Assembly: GCA_030704615.1 (NCBI GenBank)
Contig: CM060733.1
Location: forward strand, 9,300,001-9,364,000
DNA from: Takakia lepidozioides
Lineage: Eukaryota; Plantae; Bryophyta
Length of the DNA stretch: 64,000 bases
Reading direction: 5' to 3'
Part shown: one piece after another, positions 51,064 to 64,000 of the stretch
Layout: every line of letters begins with the position of its first letter
How positions within the stretch are numbered: position 1 is the first letter of the stretch
Notes under the pieces: model-generated
Seen by the model: the letters and a program-made list of their open reading frames with translations, nothing else
The model's database searches: none
What the model was told of the DNA's origin: nothing
Position numbers and translations under genes: made by a program

Positions 51064-51893
51064 GTTATACCTATGTTTCAGCAGAGAGGCATTTCTGTTG
51101 CTATGAGGAGTCCTTGACTTGTGTATGCAATCTTCAGGACTGTTGCCCGATGATCTAGGACATGCGTCACATATATTGAAGTAGAGAAAAACTAACAGGC
51201 CGAGTACCCGTGAGATTTCTGGGGGAAGTGGTAGTCGGAAGACGGATTGCTTTTGACAAGGCATACCACTCCTAGATGGCTGAGAAGGTGCTCACAAGAT
51301 GCTCAGTGTGTTATGAGGGGACTGAAAGCTTTTCTACCTCTTAGCTAGCATTGTAAATTGTTCTTTCAAGATAATAAATGTACACATCTCATGCTGCACA
51401 CTGGAAATGGTTTATCTCATCCTGCAGGAGATGAATAGTTCACTCACTCCCATGGATCAGAAGATCTACCTAGCCTCAAACACAACAGCAACTGAGGCGA
51501 TGGAAGAGGAATGAAATCTGCAAGAATCTGATGAGTCAAGGATGTCCACGATTACACCAGCTGAACTTTCCCACCGATGCGTCTAATCACACCAGCTGGA
51601 CTTTCCCACCGATGCGTCTAGTCGTCTGTCCTTGTTTCTAATTCACCTTGCTTCCAGCAGGGTTTTACGGAGGTTTTCCATGAGTTTCTTCTCTTCCATC
51701 CGATATGACGTCCGTTGTTCCGTCCACAGTTATGCATCTATTTTTTGCTAATCATCCCTCATAGAAACCCTAAAAGGAGATTGCCGTTCCTCGTATTTTC
51801 CTTCTCATCGTTAGTCTTCTCGTTCGAGAATGCAGATAGGTAGATAGATTTCCTACAGCCTCTTCGCACAGATTCGAACTTGTATATGCAACA

Positions 51894-54315
51894 ATGGCTG
51901 TGGGTGCTGCCGCGGCTAAAGAAATGGAGGGAGGTGCTTGGCCTGAGGGGAATGTGAAGATTGTGAAAATGACCCCCTTAGAGCTGACAGACGAGAACTT
52001 CAAACCCTACGGGCAGATTGTGGGGCCGTCGGGAGATGGAGCGCAATTCGGCCCCAGCGACGCGCAGCTTGAATTGAGCCGTGGAATCCCCCGGTATTTA
52101 TCGTCGTATTTGCCAGTTTTCATGTCTACTGCGTTAGAGTTTCACCAAACTTCTCGTAAAGCGTGCAAGGCACATGCATACTTATGTGTAGTCTCACGTA
52201 CTGGAGGCCTGGTTTGTTTTGCATGTGGATAATGGTTCTCCAATCAAATGGAAGGTCAGAAGGTATATCGGGTGAGGTTCAGTTGGCCAAGAAGCAGTCA
52301 TACGCTCACCCCTCATGCTCCTCTTCTCTTTACAGCAGAGCTATAACCAGCTTAACCGCAATATCGTGGACACTAGAAGGGTACATGAACTCGGTAGATG
52401 GCACAATTCATGGTGAAGAACATCTGGTATATATATGGAAGACCAGTGAAGTGTGATGGAATAATCAAGAATTGGGAGATAAGTCGTTTTGTTCAAGGTG
52501 CACACTAAAGCTCAAATTTGGTGGGTCACTAACCTGTGCTAGCATGCTAGGGGCACATTGCCACAGTTCACTAGCCTGGGACAACGCAGAAGGCTATGTT
52601 TGTGGCTAACAACTCAGCTAAACATGTCCTGACAAGTGAATGCCGGCTTTGCAATTGTGTCTTCTGATCCAGTCTAATTCCATTCACAGGTTTTACATTA
52701 TGCGGTTGCAGGATAGGGAGCTTAAGTTCAGTTCAATCACGCACCATGCGAGTGTAAGTCAATGTCTTGGAGCTGTCAGTGGCCTTCCTTGGTACCTTGG
52801 GGTAGCTCCAGCTAGCATTATCCTGGAAGAAGACACCTCAGAAGAGAAGTCAGTTGCTGAAGACAGTTCTTTGGGGAGACATGGGGTAAAGCTGGGGGCA
52901 CAGGTGAAGGAATCTAAAGCTGGCCACTTTTATGTGACACCACGTCCAGAGGAGGTCCGGGTGTTTCAAATTGACGGTCCACGCTTTCTGAAGCTTCATG
53001 TGGGCACATGGCATGCTGGCCCTCTGTTCAAGGAGCCTGTAATGGATTTCTACAACCTTGAGCTCAGCAATACTAATGTGAGGTTTTTACGAATCCCGCC
53101 TCAAGCAATCTGTTCGTTATCTGATTGGCATGATCTTATTCTTCACTCTGTATGGATGAAATTTGTTTCTTCTCTTTCTATCCTTTTGTCATTACTGTAA
53201 AACTGTAGTACGACCACAGCCCCTGTACATGACTGTGTTGATGACTTCAGGATCAGTCCAGTACATTTCTTTCTGCTATGATGTCAATGTTCCCACAGAC
53301 AGTATATGAACCCTCAAGTAGATCGTGGTTGGATTGTGAGGAAGTGCTATGGCAATCTTGGACTGAGTGCAGTTCCAAGATGGATAGTACTGCAAAGACT
53401 GGTATCCTGTGAGTGGCAGTGCCTGATGATTACTGTGAGAACGGAAATGTGAGGATCTTGGTGCGTTGAAGTCTAGCCCTAGCTGGGCTCCGCATGTGGT
53501 CCATGATCCGAACCTATTCACTTTAAACACTTATGAAGGCAAATTAGTCCCTTCCATCTACATGTTTTGAATTTGTTCCATCCCTTACTTTCCATTTGCT
53601 TGTGTGTATAGTTCTCAAATTTCAGGTGTTTTATTTTTTCCTCCTAGTTTTGCCTTATGGAGATGCATTGCTGCACATGATGGTTAGAACCTCTCATTGC
53701 TGTCAAGGCCCTCAATTGGTCTACTTTGCTTGTGCTTTTTTCCTGTTTTGCCTGCATCTTCAATCTGTGGTGACAATGACAGCATTTAGCACCCGGCACT
53801 ATTTCAGTTCCCAGCCTATTTTACTCATTCTACCAAATTCCCTTGGACCTTTCTCTTTTGGATAGAGTAGACTAAGGTGGGTACTATCAGACCAGGTTTG
53901 TGGTAAACACGTGGTCATCATCCCCCGCCAGTTTGGACACAGAAGGTAGAGATGTACTCGTTGACGTTTTTTGTACTCAACTCTGGATATGATGTACGCG
54001 TTAGGTCTTCGGATGATAAGCACCGTGTGTACTAACTGGCCTTAATTGCCCCTAGTTTGACATTGTGGTTGCAGGAATTGAAATGTGCCGCTTGTTTCAT
54101 TCTGAGGGTTGGCATTGACATTGCAAAACAGAGTTGGTTAATAATAATTCCAGCACTGCTTCTAAATCACTTCAGATATATAAAATGCAAGAAAGAGAGA
54201 GATGCGAGTAGCATGTTGGTCTTAATAAAAGTGGGTGGTGCATGCAATGCAGATAGTGGATCATACCACCCATTACTTCAAGGACGATGGTGTGATCTTT
54301 GAGATTGACGAGTAG
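51894..54315 (+). CDS. Ureidoglycolate lyase/hydrolase-like cupin protein, 3 exons
   Basis: Exons 51894-52093, 52690-53077, 54253-54315. Motifs: FKPYGQIV..DG..FGP.DAQLELSRGIPRFYIM, ITHHASVSQCLG, KLHVGTWHAGPLF..DFYNLELSNTN|IVDHT. Confidence 0.9.
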
Positions 54316-56841
54316 CTCCATATTTCTGTTAGCAGGAAGCTCCAGGAAGGTCTGAATTTTCTTGGCTAAATATCCATGTCAGTAATGAGTTGCAAAGCTT
54401 CAATGTGCAAGTGGAGGTAACTTCTGAACATTATTGTCTCAAATGTCTCTACGCACAAAATCCTCCAACTATTGCTGTAGGTTGTGTAAGCTGTAGGGAG
54501 GTCAAGAGTTAGCGCTGTGGTTACATTGTAGTTAGGTACCTGCAAAGCCATCTGGGCATATGACAGAGATAGCACATCCCCCTCAGACAAAGCTCAGTAG
54601 CTTGCTAGCCAAGAGGAATTGTGTGAGATAAATTTCTCGATGGTGCTATGGCTGTATCTTTGTCCCTACAAGTGGGTTATGCTGACATTGGAGCTTTGAG
54701 TGTGTGGCAACCCCCCTGGTCACATTGGCCTCCTAGTGTCTTTTGGGCTTGCAGATGACTGTGAAAACCGTAAGGTTCTAGCACGAACTTAAATTGGGTA
54801 GAATGAGTTTGGAATCACTCAGTCATTCGTATTATGCCTTTACTTTGGGTTGCTAACCTTGAAAACTCTTATCAATCAGAACAACAGACGTAACTGGTAG
54901 TATTTAAAGATGTACACAAAATTCATCAATTGTGTGGCATATATGGTCAGAAGGCTTACCTTCCCTCAAGTCAAATGTTTCCACCAATTATCAGTAGACC
55001 CTGTCAAGCTGCAGAGCCCAATGTAATGTTTTCTTTTTCTTTTCTTTTTCTCTCTCCCGAGCCACAGCCGCAGGGCCTTGAGGAAAACTGAGCCATGAAG
55101 CAGATTGGGGCAGAGCCCCAGCCCGAAGGCAGCACAGGGTTTGAAACCCAGACCTACAGGCCAATGCACAGGATTCCATACCACACCGGGCTACAGCTCT
55201 GTTGTGCTACGTGACAACTTTGAATCCTGGCTGGACTGAAATTTTGCTTGAAATTCGAGTACCTGCGGTTCCGGAAAATCTCATTCCACTGGTGCCACTT
55301 TTTCACCCAGCTTTTGTCATGTGCATTGGCAGAACTTGCTGCATGTTACAAAGGTTTTCCTAGATTTTCAAATCCGGGGCTTGGGTTCTCAAATACGGGA
55401 AAACACTTGGGAAAACATTTCGGTCAGAATTTACTTCTTACATTAATTTCACAGACTGCGTGTAGGGTGAAAAAAAACTTTAAAGATTTGGGGTGTTGCA
55501 TCTCCTTTTTGCCATATCAACCAATCTCTGGAAGACAGGTTCATGTATCTCAGTTATCCCTTCCACACGAATACAGAGATTACAGAAGAATGTTAAAGAT
55601 TCATGGCTCTCAGTTTGTTGGGAGGGTGTGGCTGCGGCAACGCTGAGAAGCCTTATGGACCAGAACAGATTGGACGAATCGCATCAAGATACAGGAGTAG
55701 GTTTAGCGCTTGCAGTTTCTGCACCGATCAAATCCCAAGCAGCTGCTGCCTGGTGGCGGCTTAGGCATGTGCGAGAGAACAACAGCTGTCGTGCTGCCGC
55801 CATCCAACTTGTTTAGAAAGCGACATCGCGGTAGGCTGGAAGGTGTTCATACTGTGATGTGTTCAAATTCTGGCTCAGCCATCGTAGTCGTAGCCTTTAA
55901 TAAGAAACTGGTTAGGCTTGTTTTCGCATGGTTCAACCGCTGCCTTCATCGCTGTGTCCGTTCACAGATGATGATGGCGGTCACAGGAATGCCGAGTACT
56001 TACAAATGCGTGCAAGAAGGTTGAATGGAGGATGGATGCAGATCCCAGTGAAGGCGGAGATACTGTTGTGGAAGACGGTGGCTCGCTCTGCCGCAAAACT
56101 ATTCGTTGATGTTTACGACGATTTGTGCCAACTGTTCGTTCAGAAGCTAGGATCACGTTTCGGAGGAGGACGGTTGTTGATCATCGCTTGTACTGCGTAC
56201 TAGTAGGAAACCCCGTCAGCTTGTCTGTGCTCTCCTCTCCTCCTCTCTGTCTCGCCATAGCCAGTTTCTCAGATCCCATCCATCCCTCGCACTCTTCTCC
56301 GACTTCCACCTTCTACGGAAACTCATCGATCAGTAGGACTATTTCTATTTCAGAATTCAAAACTTGTGAGAGTTTTTGACAAGCGTGGTCGAATTTCAAG
56401 TCAGCTTTCCAAACAGAGAGACGAGTGTACTATTGTGTGAAATTTTCAGCACTCATCGCTGGGATGGAAAGGCATTTCAGGATAGAGCTCACCTCCTGTG
56501 GCCAATTTAACTGCAAGGTTGTACGTCCAATACATTCTGGCTTGTATATGAGGCTCTAGCAAATCAAGCCACGCGTATCACAAGAGAAACTGGAAACATT
56601 CAAGGATGTTTATGAGCTGCCTTTAGCATGAGAAGGAAGGCATCGAAAAACTGGCGGCAAACTTTGTTGCTGTCGGAATTTCTCAACTCTGTTCAACTCA
56701 ATTTACAAGGCATTTGAAAAGGATTAAAGCGGAGGATTCAACATTAAGTTGTAACGCTCACTTGCGCACTTGCTCAGAGTCTGTGCGTCTAAAATTACTT
56801 CCTGTTCGGAGGATACTGGCTTGCTATCAAAAGCTCGAGCT

Positions 56842-59800
56842 ATGGCAGTGCGGCGGCTGGCAGAGACAGTGTCTAGGAACGTCGTTGATGATATTTATAG
56901 GTGTAGTTTTAAGAAACAGACGGGGGTGAGCTTAAAGTACATGATGGATTTTGGTTCATGTCCGACCGAGAGAAACCTATTGGTGTCCTCACAGTTCTTG
57001 CATAAGGAGTTACCTGTTCGGCTGGCCCATCGCGTGACAGAGCTGGAAAATCTTCCTTATGGCCTCTCCACCAAAGCTCCTGTGTTAAAGGTACCCTCCT
57101 CTTTTCCTCTGTGGACTTGTCTTTGGTTCGTTTCTGATTTTCTTTTTTATCTGACATTATCTGTGTCTCTCTCGTCGATCTATTCCACGCTCTCTTCGTG
57201 GAGAAGCATGGGCGGTGATGTTGTGAGGATTCATAAGCTACAATAGTGAATGAAAAACGTCTGCCCATTGTCCCTTCGCTCTTCACTTTGGCTCCTTCCA
57301 AGTGCCTGATTGACAAGGTTTGAAAGTGAATGCTGTGGATTTGTGCTTCATTCTATCTCTTTAGTTCCTCCTATATTGCACCTCCAGCCAGATTTCAAAA
57401 TTTTAAGATGTCTTCAAAAGCCAAGGACGGTAAATCTAGTATCATATAAAGTGAGAGAAAGTTTTATATAACCTTTCTATGAGAACTGGACAGTAATTCT
57501 TCAACAACCGAGAGGAAGAATTCTCAAGTGCCATTGCAAATAAGCCATTCTTTTCATGCCCTCCTGTCACATTGTGCCACTGGGCAAAGGTGCAAAGGTT
57601 TTTTCCCCCTTTTTTGAGTTCTAACTCATCACCACATGATGGCTATTTCTTCAATTAATCAAAGATATTTATGCCAATTGCTGCTGTCCCATCCATCTTC
57701 TATTGCAAGGCCCACACACCTTTTCAACTGCTTAAGAGACAGTGGACCACATATGACTTTGAATAACCAAGAATGGATCTAGCGTGTTAAGAATCAGTGA
57801 TTGATTTGGAGCCTTTCTATTGCTTGATATCAGGTGCGTGACTGGTATGTTGATTCCTTCAAAGACCTACGGAGTTTCCCAGAGATCCAAGAGGTTGACG
57901 ATGAGCTTAAATTCACGGAGCTCATACATCAAGTTAAAATGCGACATAATGATGTAATGCCGACCATGGCGATGGGTATTCAAGAGTTGAAGGTAGATTT
58001 AGGACGCAAAGTTGGCTTGAACGAGATTCCTGAGATCCACCAGTTCCTTGATCGCTTCTACATGTCACGTATTGGCATCCGTATGCTCATTGGTTAGTTT
58101 CCTTACCCCTCACTGTCACTCCTTCACTGTTTGTGCTCGTTCTCCTGAAGACATGTCTGTGTTGAAATTCTATGTAGAAGTATTGACTACTGTGCTTGTA
58201 TGCAAATTTCAACGGATGGAAGCGAGATTGAGAAATGAATGTAGGAAAATGTGTGCGAGAAGGGAAGTCACACTTTTCCGAGTCATTTATCCATGTGTTA
58301 GGCATGCCTTTGCAACCCACATTTGTTTACCACTTCCATTCTTCCTTCTGATGGGAAGCGATTAGATGACCAGGTCCTACTTAGGACTAAAGAATAACCA
58401 TCCATTTGGCATCAGAATTAACTGTCGAGAATGCTAGTTTTACCACTACAAAACCTATTTGGAAAGATGTAAACAGTTAAGCCACCTCAGTCAGCTGGGG
58501 AGTAGTAAGGCTGGGAAAGGGTTTGAAGACACTGTTATGAGAGATCGGAGTACTAGGTTGCCTTCAGGAACTAGGTCCCTGGGACATTCAGAGAGAAAAT
58601 TAAACGAGTTAATAAAATAAGGAATGACTAGACAGGATAGTAGAGAGATTTAAGTTTCCACATTTGATGAAGCAGTTTCTGAGTTGGAGGGAATACAGTG
58701 CACATATGGAAACATTCAATTACAAAGCTTGCCTACACCCTAGGGAACAAAGACAAATCTGGAGGTGATTTGAACTAGCAAATTCAGCGATGTGCTAGAG
58801 AGCATTCCCCAATTGTGGTGCGGAAGACGGCGTTCCTTCAAAAGGCATGTGAGGGGTTTAGTCTATTGAACACAGAAATGCTGAAGACAACTTCTATCTG
58901 CTCGTACGCTGCAAATGGAAGATATATTTGGATGCCGGCTACAAGGCTAAATGGCAAAAGTTGACCAGGTGCCTGGAAGCACTCAAGTCAGAAGTTTAAC
59001 TCAATATGATCACAAAAGTGAGTGCCTGCAATCTCTCTAGACATAGGAAAGGCCACCTCAGTCTTAAGACTGTACGATGTATGTGTACAAGGAAGAGAGC
59101 AAGAGGATACCTTCTTTGCGATCAAAGTTTCATTTAAGAAGTAGATTGATGTGTTTGTTGCAGGGCAACATGTGGCCTTGCATCAACGCAATCCAACACC
59201 TAGCTATATTGGCCTCATTTGCTCACGGGTTTCCCCAGTGGAAGTTGCTCAAAATGCCATCGATGATGCCCGCTCTGCTTGTATGAGGACCTACGGGAGT
59301 GCCCCTGAAGTACATGTGTACGGCGACCCCAATTTCACTTTTGCGTATGCCCTTTGCCTTGGCTGATGAAACCAAACATGTGTCTCTCTCCCTATCTGCT
59401 TCCATACATGCACCATGCCTTTTTTTCACCCATATCGCTCTATGTTGAGCCTGGCAGATGGGCAGTTCCTCAAGAAACGTGTTGTATTTGTATTGGGGTT
59501 AGTTTCTGGCAGTGTCTCTGAAGTTTCATGGACAATTTATGAACACCGGAACCTGGCATGGCAGGTATGTGCCAACACATCTACATCAAATGCTGTTTGA
59601 GCTAGTGAAAAACTCTCTTCGTGCGGTGCAAGAACGCTTCATGGATGAGGACCGTGAGTGCCCTCCCATTCGGGTTGTCGTTGCTGATGGCATCGAAGAT
59701 GTCACCATCAAGGTACAGTCACGTGTTATGTATTTGTCCATGCCGTCAACGTCCTTGCTTCTTGTGCAGAGGGTGAGTACTTCATATGCTTATGGCATGG

Positions 59801-60839
59801 CAGATGTCACCAACACGGTCATCGTTCTGACTTCGGCAGTGCCAGTACAGCAGCGTTATAAGTGACATACTTCTGTTCAGTCTAAAGCAATGAGATAACA
59901 TCTAGCCCAGCAAGGGGATTCTAGAGGCACCTCACATCTAACGGGAGCAAAAGGGAGGAAGACAGAAGGCAGGGGCTGTTAAGGGATTTGGGGGGCATCG
60001 TGGAGCAATTCTTGGATGGAAGAAGTTGGGACTCTCTGAATACTGTATTGTGCTTGGTATGTGGAACAACAGATCTCAGATGAGGGAGGGGGTATTCCAA
60101 GAAGTGGGCTACCCAAGATCTGGACTTACTTGTACAGTACAGCAAAGTCCCCAGTAGCTGTAGGCAGGCAAGGGGAGATGCAAAGTGTGATGGCAGGATA
60201 TGGATATGGACTACCAATCAGCCGCCTCTATGCCCGTTACTTTGGAGGTGACCTTCAGGTCATTTCTATGGAAGGATATGGTACGCCCACTCACTCTCAC
60301 ACTTTATATCACATATATATGCATTTGTCTGTTCGTAAGCCTTTTCACTCTGGGAAACTGGAGAGTAGGACATCTGGCTACATCCATACACTGAGTTAAG
60401 CCAGCACAAGAAATAGGACATCCTCTGCACCTCTGTCAGTAGGTTTCTGAGGATCTAGCTTACATCTTCTGTTTCAGGGCTAGGATGGGTATACTTCTGA
60501 ACGAGGGACCTCCTTCAAAAGCATCAATTACACTGTCCTGCAGCACTTTTTTCTTTTGACAAGGTCAAGAAAATGTCAAAACCTAAATTGACCCTGCATG
60601 GGTGTGACTTCTGTGGTGAGTGTCCTCGTCACTATGAGGTTCAGGACTTTCTGGAGAAATCAGAAAGTCCAAACAATTTGCTAGCCACTCCTTCAGTGAG
60701 TTTTCTGCGGCAGGACTTCCCATTCCCCCCTCTCCCCTCCTCTTTTGCTTCTTTCCTAAGTGACTATGTGGGGATGGCAGGTACGGATGCCTATTTGCAC
60801 CTCAACAGGCTGGGCAATGTGCAAGAACCTCTGCCTTAA
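56842..60839 (+). CDS. PDK: Mitochondrial pyruvate dehydrogenase kinase, 6 exons
   Basis: Exons 56842-57090, 57834-58092, 59164-59344, 59565-59712, 60073-60280, 60781-60839. Motifs: QFLHKELPVRLAHR, FLDRFYMSRIGIRMLIGQH, ELVKNSLRA, ISDEGGGIPR, MAGYGYGLPISRLYARYFGGDL, GTDAYLHL..EPLP*. Confidence 0.97.
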
Positions 60840-61850
60840 CATTGTCACACGGCCACACTATAGACATGTGGGATACAGCACATTACTTCCTGCCGAATTC
60901 TTACTGTGTTAGTCTCAATTCTTTCAGGCAACTGGTTTGGTAAGTTGAGATTTGAACACAAACCTTAATCACAGTCAACTGTAACTGATATTAGTATCTG
61001 AGATGGCCATCATCCCCATTCGGAATTTTGAGGACATTGAGATGGGGGGTGGCATTAATAAAGTCTGAGTGCAAGTCAGGATTGAAGCTGATGCAAGAGA
61101 TTATTAAGTTGTCCTGTTCGGGTTCCCCTTTGTCCATCATCACAATCCGGCCCTTAAGTTCCAGACATCTGTGTGACAAGTTGTACCTCAATAATGAAGA
61201 GTGAGGGCCTCTTTACACTCTGCCCCAGCAATGCATAACCTGGCGATATAAAGTTATTACTTCGACACGTGAGATCATCCATATTGCAATATAAGCTAAA
61301 CAAGCTTATGAATTTTACATCGACAGTTTTTATTTTCTGGGGATAATGGACAGTAATATCACAACCGAATTAGGGACAAATGCAGGCCCGCATTTTGTGC
61401 CTCGAGTACTGTGGCCCCTATATGCGATTCTTCTATTTTGTTGTAGGCTTTACAGGATTGCCCACGCAAGCACTCTCTGCGCTGACCAAATGTTATGACC
61501 TAGATCTTTACACAAGGGACCAAGCAGGACCTATCTGGAACATGATTGTATTGGTTGGTTTTGCATGTTGGACACTCAATTGGCTTTTCACTTGGTCAAA
61601 GGGCCAAAGCATCTGACTCCTAGCCTAGCCAACGACAACCCGCCACCAAAACGCTGCTTATCAGGAAGGTTGTTTTTAGCCAAAAAGCCAGCCGCTTAGG
61701 TGTCTTCTTACGTGTCTTCTGCCCTTCAAGTTGTCCAATAATTGTTAAAAACAAACTGATAATAATAGTATAGTGTATAATGTATGTTGCTTCCCAAAGG
61801 AAGTGTGCCCAGGAAATAAAATAAATAAATAAGGGTCCCAAATCTTGCAA

Positions 61851-62610
61851 GGGGTTCATCCTAAAGGTCGACAAGACGAAGGCGAATGGGCCGGCCAATG
61901 CGAAGGGCGGGCTGGGCTGCTGGAAAGCCTGAATATTGAGCACACGTGTAGCAGGTAGCGAAGAAAGAGCAAAGGGGTTCTAGAGCCTTCTAGAAGGCGG
62001 AAGGCTCTAGAACTTTCCACAAGGGCGACGAGGGGGCACGCTCTACAACATTCCAGAAGGAAAGAAAGGTGGGGACGACGCGCAGGAGTGGTGGCAGGAG
62101 GGTGGTGGGGCCAGTGAGTTGCTCCAGGAGGAGCTTGGAGAGGTGAGAGATACAATGGTGGGGCCCAGTGGACTGCGGCTGCTCCAGGACGTCGAAGCGA
62201 GGACGCCTTTAGATATGTGCTTCAATCAATCCTTATGTGCTTGAAGTTGCATGGTGTAAGTAGATCAACACTGGGTTGTGCTTCACCTCTTGTGATGGCA
62301 GCTCGCTAGGCTCTCAATCAAAATGACCTCCTTTGAGCATCCTTGTTCAAACTCCAGTTGATCTCCTTTATTAGAAGGTTGTTTTTTTGGGGATTGAGTC
62401 AATCGGCTTGGGCTTGCTGGTGAGTGCAACCGAGCTGATGGCATTCTCAAAGGCTTACGCCTCTTGTAGAGAGGGGTTGATCCTGAAGGTCGACAAGACG
62501 AAGGCGAATGGTCCGGCCAATGAGAAAGGCGGCCTGGGCTGCTGGAATGCCTGAATATTGAGCACACTTGTAGAGGATAGCGTAGAAACACCAAGGGGGT
62601 TCTGGAGCCT
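61851..62610. repeat. ~138-bp direct repeat pair (61851-61988 and 62473-62610)
   Basis: GGGGTT.ATCCT.AAGGTCGACAAGACGAAGGCGAATGG.CCGGCCAATG..CTGGGCTGCTGGAA.GCCTGAATATTGAGCACAC.TGTAG..GGGGTTCT.GAGCCT occurs twice. Confidence 0.85.
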
Positions 62611-64000
62611 AGAGTTTTTTTTTTGGCGAATTTTTGCCAAAAAGCTCCTGTAAAAAATGAGCTGCTACCCCACTAAAGGAAATTTAAGGATTTTTTTTTT
62701 CCCATTTTTGCCAAAACCTGAGGAAGAATGACGAGCCTGTCACAGCATGTTCTCCACGAGGTAGACATGTGGCGCCATCCAGTGGCTGCCCTAGCCTGCA
62801 CGGACGGGCCAGATATTGAGGAGGGTTGGGGTGTGAATAGTCAGCGCCGACCCTAGCTATGGTGGAGGAGCCCACCACTTCCACCTGCAAGGAGTTAGGT
62901 TTCGCCATATCCAGCGTACATCTTGAGCCTTGCATTAGCCAGCAAGAAATGAACGCGGGGCCTTGCATTAGCCAGCAAAGAATGAACGCGGGAGACGGTT
63001 ACACTAAGGTACACTATGTACTAATAGTTATCTCAATTTTCGTTAACTGTCGACAGTGTATCCCGGTGTAACTTTCGATAACTCAGTGTACGAGTGTGTA
63101 GATAGAGGAGATCAAGCTGCGTTATTGTGGGGAATGGAGGCTGCAGCGCCGAATTGCATATTCATGGACGACGGCTGACCGCTGGAGGGAAAGAGCCGGC
63201 TGCGGGCTGAAATGGCGGGCAGATTTCAATTCGTGGTGAGCATCTTGAGCTTTAGAAACCATATATATGCTGAGTGTGTATGCACTTGGCTCTAGCTGTG
63301 ATTGCAGTTGTGAACGACATGTTTATGCACGATAGTTGTCATGGCTCCATTGAAAGTTCCGAATAATTTCAAGTACAAGTATTTCTTCAGTGATCGTGTT
63401 CATCATCTTGTTGAGGGGGAGTCTTCTAGCAATGTAGAGGCGGATGCTAGTGTAGAGCCGGAGGCAGGTGTGGTCGATCCAGCCATGGCTGAGGCTGCAC
63501 TCGAGTTGTCCAAAAAACGCAAGAAAGGGTATGAGCTTAACAGACATCTTCAAGATACATGGGCTGCCAAACTCCCATGGGCTGAATCAGTATGTGGGGA
63601 GGATGGGAAAGTCCATCAAGTACGCTGCAAAGTCTGCACTTGCATTGAGGGTAGAGACAAACTCTTTGTTCCGAAATTAGACTCCTTGTGGAAACACGGA
63701 GGGCGTCGAAAGGCACTTGTTCCCATGCCTGGTGTTGCTGTTGGTGAGTTTTATTTCATTAAAAACAGTGTGCATGTACGGAATGAGAGACTCTTTGCAG
63801 CAGCTGGGCGGGATACAGTTGTGCAACAGGTGGCAGTTGGTGCCACGATGGACATGGAAAAAAAACTGGTCCAATTTGCGCTTATCTTCCATTTGCTTCG
63901 TTATGGGCGACCCATGACTGATTACGATGCGGTGCTGAAGGCCACTAAGCATGCAGTACAGACATCCATTGTATCTTTGTCAGCAGATGAGGTGACGACA
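62610..64000 (+). mobile_element. hAT-like element left end with ZNF862/C17orf113-type transposase ORF (ATG 63341, runs off window)
   Basis: Begins TAGAGTTTTTTTTTTGGCGAATTTTTGCC with TTGCC/GGCGAA subterminal motifs. ORF: RHLQDTWAAKLPWAE..RCKVC..KLDSLWKHGGRRKA..HVRNE..QFALIFHLLRYGRPMTDY..SADEVT, with an apparent internal deletion. Confidence 0.8.

Noticed and set aside
51555-51620. 35-bp tandem duplication (similar small duplications at ~22468/22826, ~44317 and ~62927)
   Set aside because: Ordinary local slippage with no further structure.

Overview
Land-plant nuclear DNA, probably a bryophyte (inferred from the hAT family types and gene structure). The first ~38 kb is nested transposon sequence. 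A hAT transposase pseudogene (~250-1304 and 31007-31850, right end 32686) is split in-frame by a ~29.7-kb element (1305-31006) with 30-bp terminal inverted repeats and a duplicated AATT. This element carries a minus-strand Sola-like (DUF7869-type) DDD transposase. Divergently, it carries a multi-exon cargo region with Pol II CTD-like SPxY repeats, a degenerate amino-methyltransferase-like segment, an acidic tract and three tandem FCP1/NIF-like HAD domains. A 24-bp palindrome (AACCTCCACTG-NN-CAGTGGAGGTT) recurs about 14 times in its native segments. Nested inside is a ~12-kb composite: a PPR-derived tandem array, two CACTA ends, a Transposase_21 fragment, LINE pieces and a CACTA TnpA-like gene that also has an FCP1-like domain. 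The region 40-61 kb holds six host genes: MenA, an NTF2/SnoaL-like gene, VMA21-like, SOSS-B-like OB-fold, ureidoglycolate lyase-like and PDK. Another hAT-like element begins at ~62.6 kb. All family calls come from motif recognition by eye; no searches were run.
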